Positions 42,657-52,622 of a stretch of 64,000 nt of DNA are shown here, piece after piece. This stretch comes from a virus (Duplodnaviria > Heunggongvirae > Uroviricota > Caudoviricetes). The stretch lies in IMG/VR virus record IMGVR_UViG_3300021066_000001. One strand, written 5' to 3'. The position numbers and the translations under genes were made by a program. Under the pieces are notes generated by a model that saw only the letters and a program-made list of their open reading frames with translations, was not told where the DNA came from and made no database searches. The number at the start of each line of letters is the position of its first letter. Position 1 is the stretch's first letter.

Positions 42657-44381
42657 TTAAAAGACCAGGCGGGACTTGAACCAATCTGGCAGCTTTCTCT
42701 CCCACAAGCGGTAAAAGTGCTCGAACTTCTTGTCAAGGATGTAGGTCACGGAGGAGTCGTTGACGTGCCTGGTGCTCCGCCCAGCGGCCTGCATCACCGC
42801 TACCCACATCTTGTTAGCGTACCACTCGTCGTCGAGCTTGCTCTTGGCTCGCACTCTCAGGTCCCCCAGGTAGGGCCAGGGCAGCTTAACGATCACCTGA
42901 AACCGTGACAGATCATCAACGAGGTCAACACCCTCCATCATTGACGGTGAAACGAGGACGCTTCCGTACTTTTCGCCCTCAATCTCATGTTTTCTGAGAA
43001 GTTCTTCGTTGGTGAGCTTAACTCTACCCGGGTTCTTGCCAGCTCGGGCAAACAGGTCTAGTCGAAGCTCGACCATGTCCCGAAACAAGAGCCGCCGCTG
43101 GTTCTCGGGCGAGACGAGCTGAAAGAGCTTGGTGCCGATGTCGTAGGTGACGCTGTGGATGATGCCGCGCTGGCCGGGGTGGAGCTTGAGGATGTCGTCG
43201 ATGATCGGACCGAGCTTATGCATGTTCTCGTCCTTGACGTCCCTCGCCAGACTGATCACGGGCATGATGATGACCGGCGATTGAGCAGGGTCAAAGGGGG
43301 ATCCCGTCTCAAGGAAGAGGCAATCCTTTTCGTTGACACCGATCTCCTTACAGAACGCGTACTTTGAGCCCAAGGTCGCCGAGAGAAAGACGAACTTGTC
43401 GGCCAGGGTGCCAAAGTACTCCTTGAAGAGAAAGTCACCGTAGATCGGAGCTAGCTTCAAGACGTTCTTGTCAGGCACCTTCGACACGAGCCAACGGCTG
43501 CTCAGCTCATCGGGGGTGCTGTGCGTGTTGAAGAAGATCTTGAGCGGCTGGATCGCCTTGTCGAGCCGGTAGATCTTGGCGTTAAGTCGCTCGACCCTTT
43601 CGGCGGCCTTCTTCGTGATCCCTCTCGCCCACTCTCGAGGATCCATTCCGAGCATGCTAGCGGCAGGAAACTCACGCTCAAGCTTGAGCTGAAGCTCAAG
43701 CGCCTTCATCTTTAAGATGTCCTGGATCTCGACGACCTTGAGGTAGTCATCCTCAGGCACCCCAGTGAATTGAATCTTGTTGGTCGGGACGCCGAACTCC
43801 AGGTAGTAGTACTCGGGATCGACGTCTGACTCGGCGAAGGTGACGAGGTGGTTCTCGATGTTGTGCGCCTCGTCGATGATCAACACGTCACGCTTCACCC
43901 ACGGTGAGTCCTCGTCCTGAGCGAACCCGCAGTGCGTGCTGTAGAGCATGTAGACCGGGTTCGTGATCATCGCCCTAGCTTGGAGAGCCTTGTTCTTCTG
44001 GTTGTAGTAAGCGCAGATCGACCGCATCTTGCAGAACCCGACAAGCTCCTTGTTGGCCGAGCACGGCGCGGCGTCAACGGTGAAGTTGTGGTTGAGGTTG
44101 CACTGGTAGTTGCTGCGGCCCTTGAGATTGACGATCGCGTCCCAGGCGTGCTCGTACTGGGTCTGGAGCTGGAGGGTAGAGGTGAGGATGTACGCCGACC
44201 CCTTGACAGAGTCGGCGATCGCGGTAGCGATGTACGTCTTGCCCACCCCGGTGGGGAGACTGAGAGCGAAGTAGTTGTACTTGTCCCAGCTCGCGGCGAT
44301 CTGGTCGAGGATCTGCGTCTGCTGGTCACGTGCCGCCAACTGCTCGCGCTTGAAAAACTCTAAGGGGTGCTGCTTCAACAA
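42657..44381 (-). CDS. DinG/XPD-family SF2 helicase
   Basis: PTGVGKT, QYE...LKGRSNY.C, Fe-S-type Cys cluster, IIDEAH, SAT, EGVD, QAAGRSTRH. Confidence 0.88.
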   Translation of the reverse strand: MLKQHPLEFFKREQLAARDQQTQILDQIAASWDKYNYFALSLPTGVGKTYIATAIADSVKGSAYILTSTLQLQTQYEHAWDAIVNLKGRSNYQCNLNHNFTVDAAPCSANKELVGFCKMRSICAYYNQKNKALQARAMITNPVYMLYSTHCGFAQDEDSPWVKRDVLIIDEAHNIENHLVTFAESDVDPEYYYLEFGVPTNKIQFTGVPEDDYLKVVEIQDILKMKALELQLKLEREFPAASMLGMDPREWARGITKKAAERVERLNAKIYRLDKAIQPLKIFFNTHSTPDELSSRWLVSKVPDKNVLKLAPIYGDFLFKEYFGTLADKFVFLSATLGSKYAFCKEIGVNEKDCLFLETGSPFDPAQSPVIIMPVISLARDVKDENMHKLGPIIDDILKLHPGQRGIIHSVTYDIGTKLFQLVSPENQRRLLFRDMVELRLDLFARAGKNPGRVKLTNEELLRKHEIEGEKYGSVLVSPSMMEGVDLVDDLSRFQVIVKLPWPYLGDLRVRAKSKLDDEWYANKMWVAVMQAAGRSTRHVNDSSVTYILDKKFEHFYRLWERKLPDWFKSRLVF

Positions 44382-45087
44382 GGGGAGACCTCTCTAGGTG
44401 AGGAGGACATTGTATCCCCCTCACCTAGAGTTGAACATTTCACCACTTGAAGCCGACGGTGCTCTCGTCTTTGCGCTCTTGATATGGAGTGGTCGTGAAC
44501 TCGTCCTCGATCGGATACATGTTAGGGTGCCATGGCGTTCCGCTCGCCCGAGAGGCGTAGAGCCAATCTCCGATCTCACGATTCCTGCTGATGCATCGTC
44601 CCACGACGCATCCTGCGCGCTCGTCATACGTGACCGTGCTACAGTTACACTTCTTCAACTTGTCGCACCTAACGCTGTTCCCACCCAAACGAGACCAGCT
44701 GCAACGAGAAATGAGAGAGTGTACACGTTGAGGACAGCAGCGGCGGCTGTTACGAGAAAGATCTCGACATTCATCTGTCCGCTGAGGCCGTGAAGGATGA
44801 TGTAAGTCATGACACCGACTACGATCGTCGCGACTCCAGCACACACTAGCAGCGCAATGATGGCGGCGAGGCCAGTGAGCTCGACGGTCACTTGATGATC
44901 GCTCCAGGAGAGAGACACAAGAACGAGCCCCGGTCATGATGGGGGACACCGCCCTTGGCGACGCACTCGGCGGACAAGCGCTTGTCCCTCATGACCATCA
45001 GCGGAACCGTGATCAGAACGAAGAGAATCACGGCGATGATCAAGCAAGCGACCACGATGTCCGTGGCGCTCATGTCAGAATGCCAAC

Positions 45088-45636
45088 TCATGCAGCCTCC
45101 GGCTCAGGTTGAAGTTTTTCGCGCACCAGATCGGTGATCTCGTCGATCTTGTCCTGGATGTCGTAGAGCGCTTGCTTGTAAGTCAAGGCCGGGTAGGACG
45201 ACATGTCGACACGAGCCTCCTCAATGGCTTGAGTCGACAGCAACGCGTCGAAGCTGGCCTTGATCACCTGGCCGATCTGGTGAAGCTCGACGACTCTCTC
45301 GATCAGCTCGAGGTGAGCGTCCTTCGGCATCGTGTTTATCTGGTTGACCAGGGCGGCCGCGGTGCTGATCAGGCACTGGTTGATCGCGATCAGGATGGTC
45401 TTGTTGCTCTGAAATTGCTCACACTCTCTGATGATGTCTAGCATCTGGCCGTCGACCGAGACGATGTCTCGCTTGACGCAGTGCGCGATGATGAAGCTCT
45501 TGAGAGAGGTGCCTGGATTGTAGTAGATCTGGTCCTTCTCACGTCCCGAGAGGTCGTGGATGAGCCCGTAGAACCTCTCGGTCAGCGTGGCCGCCGAGAG
45601 AAGGTCAGCTACTCGATAAGATTTTTGCTCGATCAT
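45088..45636 (-). CDS. Hypothetical protein
   Basis: Helical ORF, 3' part of track ORF 45088..45906. Confidence 0.5.
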   Translation of the reverse strand: MIEQKSYRVADLLSAATLTERFYGLIHDLSGREKDQIYYNPGTSLKSFIIAHCVKRDIVSVDGQMLDIIRECEQFQSNKTILIAINQCLISTAAALVNQINTMPKDAHLELIERVVELHQIGQVIKASFDALLSTQAIEEARVDMSSYPALTYKQALYDIQDKIDEITDLVREKLQPEPEAA

Positions 45637-45730
45637 GAGATCAGGCGCACGATGACTTGAGCCGCCCAGAAGAGAACGGCTCCGAAGATCATGCCCATGC
45701 AGAACATGATCTCGTCCATGTGCCCTCTTT

Positions 45731-48223
45731 TCACCTTTGCTCGCGCGGCTTGACGCCCGCGAAGTTATTCGATTGGCCGTAGTTGTCGTTACGGCGCAGA
45801 CCAGCCAGCTTGGCCCGTGATTCGGAGTTGAGACGCTCGATCCAGTCCTCGAAGGTGAGCTTCTCGCCGAGGATGTTGGCCTGGCGCTTGACCGTCGCGA
45901 AGTCACCCGGCGTCAGGTACTGGATCGTCCCGACCTCGACGTCGATCTTGCCCCGCTCGGCTTCACTCAACTTCTCAAAGTCCCAGTCGAGCTCGCTGCA
46001 CAGCATCTTGACGCGCTGCTCCTGGCGAAGCGCGAGGAACTCGAGCTTGAACGTGAAGCGGCGCACCGCCGCCGCGTCGATCCCCTCGAAGAGGTTCGTC
46101 GCGAGGATGAAGATTCCCGGAAAGCGCTCCATCTTCTGAAGCAACTCGTTGACCTGCGTCACCTGCCAGGAGTGCTGCGCGCGGCTACGATCCTGGAGGA
46201 AGCTGTCGCCCTCGTCCAGGAGGAAGATCGCGCCCTCGGACTTCGCCTCGTCAAAGGCCTCGGCGATCTTCTTCTCGGTCTCCCCGAGCCACATGCTCAG
46301 GAGCTCGGAGGCCGGCTTGATCAAGAGCGGCTGGTCACACTGCATCGCGATGTACTCGGCGAGCTGCGTCTTCCCCGTGCCAGGCATTCCGTAGAAGCAG
46401 ATCGTGCCTTGCTTGGTGCGCTGGAGAGCCTTGATCAGCTGCGGGACGTTGACGTTGCCCCGGATGTTGAGAAAGTCGAGATTGTACTTCGTGACCGAGT
46501 CACGGAGGTCCTCCATCTTCTCGCGATCGAGGACGCGCTGGCTGTTCGAGATCAGATGAAGCAGGTTTGACTCTCCTGCCGCTCCCTGCTGATCCACGAG
46601 CTCGATCATTCGCGCTGCGCTCTTGATCTGCTCGGGGCTGAGCTCGACGTACCGTGAGAGCGTCTGCACCGCCTGCTCGGAGAAGCCGAGAGCCTTGATG
46701 ATGCGATCAACCTCGTCTCGACGGTCCTTGCGTGACCCTCCGCGGAGCTCGCAGTGAAACAAGAATCGACCCAGGTTCTCTTGCTCCATGTACGCGGTTG
46801 AGGAGGCGAGCCAAACGGTCGGGACAGGATTCTTCGTCAAGATCAGCTCGTCACTGTCCAGCTCATCCTTCTCCTTCGTCTTGAGACCGGCGTCGCCGAA
46901 AGCGTCCAGGAACCAGGCGGGCTTGCTGAAGCTCTTCGACAGGGCTGACTCGGTGTTCTCGACGACGAGCATCACCTTGTCGTCCTTGGCGACGTTGACC
47001 CGCTTGCCGACGATCTGCTGTGCGGCGTAACAGATCGCGGGAATGTCGTGGTCCTTCGCGTCACGAGTCCGAACCTGGTAACCCTCGACGCCCTCCTCCT
47101 CGAAGAGCTTAGACAGATATCCAAGCTTGTCTAGCTTCTTGCTACCGTAGAGGAAGACGTTGAGGGAGAACGCGTCAATGTCATCTACGTAGCTGTTCTC
47201 GCTGACGGCGACGATCTTCTCCATCAGCTTACGCACCTTCGCGCGCTGAACGGAGTAGTCGGCGTCGATCTCACCCGTGACGGTGTGTCGGACGAACTCC
47301 TTGAGAAGCTCCTCGTCGTGCTCGTTCAGCTTTGCGAGCGCGCCAGCAAAGTTCTTCTTCTTATCCTTGAGGGGCTCGACAAACCGAGCGTAGAACTCGC
47401 TCTCGGTCTTCGCCATGGTGGTGATCGCGAACGACCAAAACTCGCTCAGGCGACCGATCCTCTTGAAGTGCTGATCGTAGCTGATCATTCCCAGAGCTAG
47501 CGGCTTGCTCGTCTGAGGCAACAGCGCCGCGTCGACCTCACGATCGAAGACGTTACCGCCCAGCGCTAGCATCACCTTGATGCAGTTCGTGTAGCTAGCT
47601 TGGTTTCTCACTAGCTGATGGAGAAAGTCGCGGAAGATCATGAACCGCGTGTCGATCGCGAAGAGAAGGCTAACCTCGAGGAGACGCCCCTCTGATTGAG
47701 TCAGGCTCATCACCTTAGTGAGCCTGTTCAAGTTCTCAGTGATCGACGAGACCCCGCCGACGGGAGCTTGCGCCAGAAACGCTTCCATCATGCTCTGGAT
47801 GATGGCCCCAAAGAGCGAGATGCATCTCGTGAAGTCCTTCTCCATGGAGAGAATCCCACGATAGGTAGCCGTAGCGATGAAGAAGTCGCGAACGTACGTC
47901 GAGGTCACTTGCTCACCAAACTGCGAGCGAAGGTGATCGACGATCTTCATCATTCGCTCTTGGTCACGCTTCTTGACCGACGTGATGTCCTCAAGCTCGT
48001 CGGCCTTGAAGTGATCTCCGAGATGCCGCTCGAGGATCACCATCACGTCCTCGATTCCCGAGTCGTTCTGAGCTCCCTGAAGCATCGCCGTGAAGTACGT
48101 CCCGAAGAGATACTCGTCGCTCATGATCAGGTTGCACGCGTTGGCGTCCTTGACGAGCTCCGCCGGATACCGCAACAGGTGAACCGGAAACTGCTCCTTC
48201 CCCTTTCCCTTCGTCTTTCCCAT
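45731..48223 (-). CDS. Large AAA+ ATPase (degenerate first AAA module, intact C-terminal module)
   Basis: GMPGTGKT, FLLDEGDSFL, ATNL...D.AAVRRFTFKLEF. Confidence 0.88.
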   Translation of the reverse strand: MGKTKGKGKEQFPVHLLRYPAELVKDANACNLIMSDEYLFGTYFTAMLQGAQNDSGIEDVMVILERHLGDHFKADELEDITSVKKRDQERMMKIVDHLRSQFGEQVTSTYVRDFFIATATYRGILSMEKDFTRCISLFGAIIQSMMEAFLAQAPVGGVSSITENLNRLTKVMSLTQSEGRLLEVSLLFAIDTRFMIFRDFLHQLVRNQASYTNCIKVMLALGGNVFDREVDAALLPQTSKPLALGMISYDQHFKRIGRLSEFWSFAITTMAKTESEFYARFVEPLKDKKKNFAGALAKLNEHDEELLKEFVRHTVTGEIDADYSVQRAKVRKLMEKIVAVSENSYVDDIDAFSLNVFLYGSKKLDKLGYLSKLFEEEGVEGYQVRTRDAKDHDIPAICYAAQQIVGKRVNVAKDDKVMLVVENTESALSKSFSKPAWFLDAFGDAGLKTKEKDELDSDELILTKNPVPTVWLASSTAYMEQENLGRFLFHCELRGGSRKDRRDEVDRIIKALGFSEQAVQTLSRYVELSPEQIKSAARMIELVDQQGAAGESNLLHLISNSQRVLDREKMEDLRDSVTKYNLDFLNIRGNVNVPQLIKALQRTKQGTICFYGMPGTGKTQLAEYIAMQCDQPLLIKPASELLSMWLGETEKKIAEAFDEAKSEGAIFLLDEGDSFLQDRSRAQHSWQVTQVNELLQKMERFPGIFILATNLFEGIDAAAVRRFTFKLEFLALRQEQRVKMLCSELDWDFEKLSEAERGKIDVEVGTIQYLTPGDFATVKRQANILGEKLTFEDWIERLNSESRAKLAGLRRNDNYGQSNNFAGVKPREQR

Positions 48224-48235
48224 TACCCCACCGTG

Positions 48236-48742
48236 TTAGATGTTATACGCCAGGCGAAGAGCTTCGACCTGGTCGATCGTCTTCCAAACGTCGCCGTCGT
48301 GAAGAATTCCCAGACCTCCCTTGGAGATCCACTGCTCGATGTTCTCTAGAGAGTCGTCGATCAAGACCTTGTTCGGACCTGAGTGCTTCTGCTTGTCTCG
48401 CTTGGGAACGACGTGGCAAACCCACTCGGCGCCGAACTTGTCGCTGACCCACCTGAGCTTTTGGTCACGAAAAGCTTGCTTGACCGGCAGCCCGGTCAAG
48501 AAGCAAGGGTTGTACTGCTTGCAATATCGCCAGAGGACGTCGGCGTTCGGCATCAACTCGAGGTCGTAGAAGAAGTTGCGGTCGGCCATGACGACCTTCC
48601 ACAGCTCTCTCTGCGACACCTCTCGGCACTGTCGGCCGGTCAGCTTGAAGAAGCGACCCTCGAAGTCGGCGAATACTCCGTCGAGATCTAAGAAGAAGCC
48701 GTCAAACGGGGACCTAAGAACTTGCGGAATTTCTCGAAGCAT
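48236..48742 (-). CDS. HAD-family 5'(3')-deoxyribonucleotidase
   Basis: FLDLDGVFADF, FLTG, K..W, LIDD. Confidence 0.85.
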   Translation of the reverse strand: MLREIPQVLRSPFDGFFLDLDGVFADFEGRFFKLTGRQCREVSQRELWKVVMADRNFFYDLELMPNADVLWRYCKQYNPCFLTGLPVKQAFRDQKLRWVSDKFGAEWVCHVVPKRDKQKHSGPNKVLIDDSLENIEQWISKGGLGILHDGDVWKTIDQVEALRLAYNI

Positions 48743-48789
48743 CTGAGGTGAATTGTATCACCTCAAATGCTGAGAGTAAAACTAGATGC

Positions 48790-49212
48790 TTACTTTTTGA
48801 GGAGAATGACCTCTCCGTCCAGCTTCCAAGTTCCGCGGAACTTGTCCGTCTCTCCCTTGAGTCGCGTCAAGAGGTCATTGGACTCCTTCGGCTTGGTGGG
48901 CGGAACGAGGGAGTGGGTGATGTGGTAATAGCCGCCGTCGGGGCGAACAGCTTGCCCGTTGAGGGTGACCGCGAAGAGGTCGAGCTTGTCGCTCTTCGCG
49001 TACCCGACCACCTGCACGTCAGCGCCGCCCTTGAGAGCTCTCATGAAGAAGGCGAGCTTCTCATCGGTTAGGTTGAACTCGAGCGTGACGTGGTGACAGC
49101 GCACGTCAGGATAGAGCGGTGGCCACCGAGTGAGGAGGTCAGCCCGGCTCTTCTCGCTCAGCAAGAAGGCGAGATAGGTTCCGGGCTTGAAGCGCAGATC
49201 GTCGAGCTTCAC
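48790..49212 (-). CDS. 2H phosphoesterase (CPDase-like)
   Basis: Two HxT motifs: HHVTL and YHITHS, followed by KPKESNDLL. Confidence 0.7.
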   Translation of the reverse strand: MKLDDLRFKPGTYLAFLLSEKSRADLLTRWPPLYPDVRCHHVTLEFNLTDEKLAFFMRALKGGADVQVVGYAKSDKLDLFAVTLNGQAVRPDGGYYHITHSLVPPTKPKESNDLLTRLKGETDKFRGTWKLDGEVILLKK

Positions 49213-49571
49213 GGCGCGGTGATCTCGACATCTCCGCCTAGCGGCTCGGTTTGCACGACGATCCTCGCCAGAACCGTGTCGATCAGCTTCTCTGGCGCGC
49301 GCTCGCGCTTGACCTTCTTGAGCACCCTGAAGGCGCCCTTCGACGCGTCAGACAGGTCCGCCGATCGCTCGATCAAGCCGGCCATCAGCTCGTTTCGACG
49401 ACTCTTCGAGAGGTACCGGAAGTTGTTAGCCGAGTTGAGGGCGTCGATCTCGCTGACGATGTCGCTGTACTTCTTTAGGTTCGACTTCAAGTCCTCGAGA
49501 GCTTTCGCGACGGCCACTTGCGCGGCGTCGCCCGTGAGCTTCGGAGTGTGATTAACCTTCCTGGCCATCAA
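49209..49571 (-). CDS. Hypothetical protein
   Basis: Coupled helical ORF. Confidence 0.5.
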   Translation of the reverse strand: MMARKVNHTPKLTGDAAQVAVAKALEDLKSNLKKYSDIVSEIDALNSANNFRYLSKSRRNELMAGLIERSADLSDASKGAFRVLKKVKRERAPEKLIDTVLARIVVQTEPLGGDVEITAP

Positions 49572-50097
49572 CCTTCTCCTTCATGTAGTTTTCAAACGCT
49601 TGCAACGCAGGCAGCTCGCCGCGAGGGATCTCTCCCTTCTCACTCAAGCATAAGCCGTAGAGCTTCACCAACTTCGCGTACATCGACCGATTGTACTTCT
49701 CCATGATCGGGTTCTGGTACAAGATTCCGTTCACCACCGTTTGGTAGGGAATCCCGTAGTAGTCAGAGACAAAGCGCGCGATCGCTGCTGACCGACTAAT
49801 TCCGCCCTCGCAATGGACCACCAGCTCATTATAACTCTCATTCTCGCGCAAGAAGCGAAGAATTTGGTAGCCCTGCTCGTCGCTCATGAGCACCAGCGTG
49901 GTGCCGTCTGGATAGATGTGCGGGTGCTCGTCATCGTGAAACTCGAGACGAAGAATCTTTCCCCAGCACGCAGCGAGCTTAGCTGGCCTGCTCCAGTCAC
50001 CGTCTGGAGGGCTGGTGATCGAGATGAGAGGCACGTCGCCAGAGTTGATTCTCTCAACGTCTCGCCGAGACATGTAGATGACGCGCTGGTACATCAA
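49552..50097 (-). CDS. Dual-specificity/tyrosine phosphatase-like protein
   Basis: LISI, L.LEFHD, VVHCEGGISRSAAIA (HCx5R). Confidence 0.88.
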   Translation of the reverse strand: MMYQRVIYMSRRDVERINSGDVPLISITSPPDGDWSRPAKLAACWGKILRLEFHDDEHPHIYPDGTTLVLMSDEQGYQILRFLRENESYNELVVHCEGGISRSAAIARFVSDYYGIPYQTVVNGILYQNPIMEKYNRSMYAKLVKLYGLCLSEKGEIPRGELPALQAFENYMKEKVDGQEG

Positions 50098-50858
50098 TCC
50101 CCGCTGAACGATGAGGAGCTATCGCTCGAGGAAGAGCTAGAGTCGCTGCTGTACGAGCTAGAGCTGTCGTCGCTCGAGCTTGAGAAGGAGGGTCTTTGCT
50201 CTTCCTCCTGGCGATCGAATGACGTGATCGTGCTCTCTCGCGGAGCTTCTCTCTCGAGAGACGTGATGACCTCTTCGCTCGGCGCGCCCAGCGATGTAAT
50301 CACCTCAGGGCTCTCACGCGCCGCGGCGCTCGCGCTCATGAGATAAGCAGCTGTCGCGGCGGCCGCGCCGCCGCTCAAGAGAACGACGTCCTGGCGCTCT
50401 TCGGCGCGGCGAGCACGCTCCTCTGCTAGGCGGGCACGCTCCTCTGCTCTCCGCACGGCTTCAAACGTGCGCTCGCGGCGCACCCGCTCCTCCTCACGTA
50501 CGCGCGCGTCACGCGCGCGTTGCTCGTCAGCGACTCTCTTGATCCTGGCCAGCTCACGCTCTCGCTCTGCGTTTGTGCGGGCGATCTCGTTATCCATGGT
50601 CGCCGACGGAATGCGATTGCTGACGAACTCGTGGTTGAGAGGCTTTACGATCGTCACGGCAGCGGATGGGATCGTAACCTGGGTAAGAACGGCGTCCTTG
50701 TCGCTCGAGAGGCTCTTCGGCGGCTCGGTTCGGATGAAATCCATGTTGCTCGTCCAATCTGTCTCAGGCTGTTTCTTCCGAGGCCAAAAGATGACTAGAC
50801 TGCCCACGGCGGTGATCGCGATCACCGCCACGATGAATATGATCGTGCTCGTCGTCAT
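50094..50858 (-). CDS. Membrane-anchored protein with R/E coiled coil and Ser-rich tail
   Basis: N-terminal TM helix; C-terminal SSSDSSSSFSGD. Confidence 0.65.
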   Translation of the reverse strand: MTTSTIIFIVAVIAITAVGSLVIFWPRKKQPETDWTSNMDFIRTEPPKSLSSDKDAVLTQVTIPSAAVTIVKPLNHEFVSNRIPSATMDNEIARTNAERERELARIKRVADEQRARDARVREEERVRRERTFEAVRRAEERARLAEERARRAEERQDVVLLSGGAAAATAAYLMSASAAARESPEVITSLGAPSEEVITSLEREAPRESTITSFDRQEEEQRPSFSSSSDDSSSSYSSDSSSSSSDSSSSFSGD

Positions 50859-51482
50859 GCTCTTTCCTTCTTAGTCAAAAGTTTGTTTAGCTCCATGCCA
50901 GCGGCGACTCCTGCCTGAGCCGCGGCCTTGAACGGGTCCTCATCCTCGCCCACCCCGACGGCGAAGGTTTGATCCGAGATCATCACCGCCTTGACGCGCA
51001 CGCGATACTGTCCTGTGGCGATGCGCTTTAGCTCCATCACGTTGACGCTTGCCAATCTTAAATTCCTTCTTTAGCCAATCGATCTGGACACCCTCCCAGC
51101 CGTTGAGAGGGAAGACGCTTAAGCAGAGCGAGTCGTCACCCATCGATGACTCAGGAAAGGAGGCGACCGACGGGGTGTTCTTGAACCCGTTGCGTGAGAA
51201 GAACAAGCGGGCGCGAAAGGGAGAGTAATCGACGAAGAGGTCGTAGACACCGTGGAGCTGGATCTCCGAGTCCCGGACAAATTGGGCATGAAGCAGGGCT
51301 AGCTTAGCGCTAGACCGAGGCTCCTTGCCGTAGACCTTCCTGAGGAAGAGCCTACAAAAGTCCAAGAATGACGGCGTGACGCTCGTCAATGCCCACCCTC
51401 TTGTGCGGTTAACCTACACGAGAGGAGATTTTATACCAGCAGGTACCTAAAGTAAACTAAGATGACCGTCTAGTGACGATCT

Positions 51483-52043
51483 TCAGGCGGATTTTGCCGC
51501 TCGATCGAGCTCTTTGGAGACATCTTTCTTGCCAGACGTGCCAGACCGTACCTTGCTGAAGATCTGGTTGACCTGCGTCGCGAACTTAGAGAGGTCCTGG
51601 AGCGCGTCCTTGCGCTCAGTCTCGTCCTGAGACTTGAGGCGGTCAAGCTGCTCGCGTTGCTTCTTGAAGACGTTCGGTGCGATCCCCTTCAGGGCGGTGA
51701 TCACCGCCGCGGTCAGTTGTGGAAGCTTCTTGCCGTCACGGGGGATGCTGTCGAGGAACTTGGCGAACTCCTTGACGTTGTTCGGGTTGATGCCGATGTC
51801 CTCCTTCGAGATCGCCTTCCTGAAGTCGGCGTTACCGAGCACGCGCATTGCGGAGACGACGGAGGTCAAGCGATCAAGGTCAACCAGCGGCTCCTCGCCG
51901 TCATAGAGCTCCTCTGGCTTCTTGGCCTTGATCTTGGCGATCGTCATCGACAGGTAGTCAGAGATCGACTCTCCTAACATCTCGGCGGTGCGCTGGCGCA
52001 CCTCGAAGATGAGGAGCTCGGTGCTGAGATCGGTTAGCTTCAA
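51483..52043 (-). CDS. Late protein (MKLTDLSTE leader)
   Basis: Coupled to 52040..52276. Confidence 0.55.
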   Translation of the reverse strand: MKLTDLSTELLIFEVRQRTAEMLGESISDYLSMTIAKIKAKKPEELYDGEEPLVDLDRLTSVVSAMRVLGNADFRKAISKEDIGINPNNVKEFAKFLDSIPRDGKKLPQLTAAVITALKGIAPNVFKKQREQLDRLKSQDETERKDALQDLSKFATQVNQIFSKVRSGTSGKKDVSKELDRAAKSA

Positions 52044-52276
52044 GACGGCTTCCTACGAAGATGCTCGCTGAGCTTGAGGAGAGCAGCAATCGCCCCATTG
52101 TAGAGACGCTGTAACTTTCTCACATCTCCGTTGTAATATTCGTCACGAGTAGCTTTGTCGAGATCGTGTCTCCTAGCTTCTATCGCGAGCTCAGCTCGCC
52201 GAAGCTCGGCGGCCATCTCACCGACCTTGTCCGCCATCTGGTTCTGGCTCTCGGCCAGGTATCTCTTAAAGTCCAT
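52040..52276 (-). CDS. Small late protein (MDFKRYLAES leader)
   Basis: TAAATA at 52282-52287, 5 nt before ATG. Confidence 0.6.
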   Translation of the reverse strand: MDFKRYLAESQNQMADKVGEMAAELRRAELAIEARRHDLDKATRDEYYNGDVRKLQRLYNGAIAALLKLSEHLRRKPS

Positions 52277-52280
52277 TCGC

Positions 52281-52622
52281 TTATTTAGCCTTGTATTTCG
52301 AGATCGCGTCGATCTCTTGGGCGGTCAGCCCTGCCTTCTCGAGCGCGTACGCGAAGGGTCCCCAGACATCCTGAGACTCTCCCTTTCCGTTCCTGATCGG
52401 CTTAGTTCCCCAGGTCGCGGCAACCGCCTTCGCACGCCGGATCAGCTTGGTCTTGTCCTTGATGAGCTTAGACATCTTGACCGCTTCGGACTGAAAGGGC
52501 GCGTTGTTGCCGTGAAACGTGGGGCCGCGCATGCTTAAGCCCTCTGCACGCTCTAGATCCTTCGCGTCAGGCACGATCTGCTCGATGTCGGTGACCGACT
52601 CTGTGATCTCGCTTAGCTTCAC
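52281..52622 (-). CDS. Small late protein (MKLSEITES leader)
   Basis: GTG start overlapping the stop of the hexapeptide-repeat gene. Confidence 0.55.
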   Translation of the reverse strand: MKLSEITESVTDIEQIVPDAKDLERAEGLSMRGPTFHGNNAPFQSEAVKMSKLIKDKTKLIRRAKAVAATWGTKPIRNGKGESQDVWGPFAYALEKAGLTAQEIDAISKYKAK

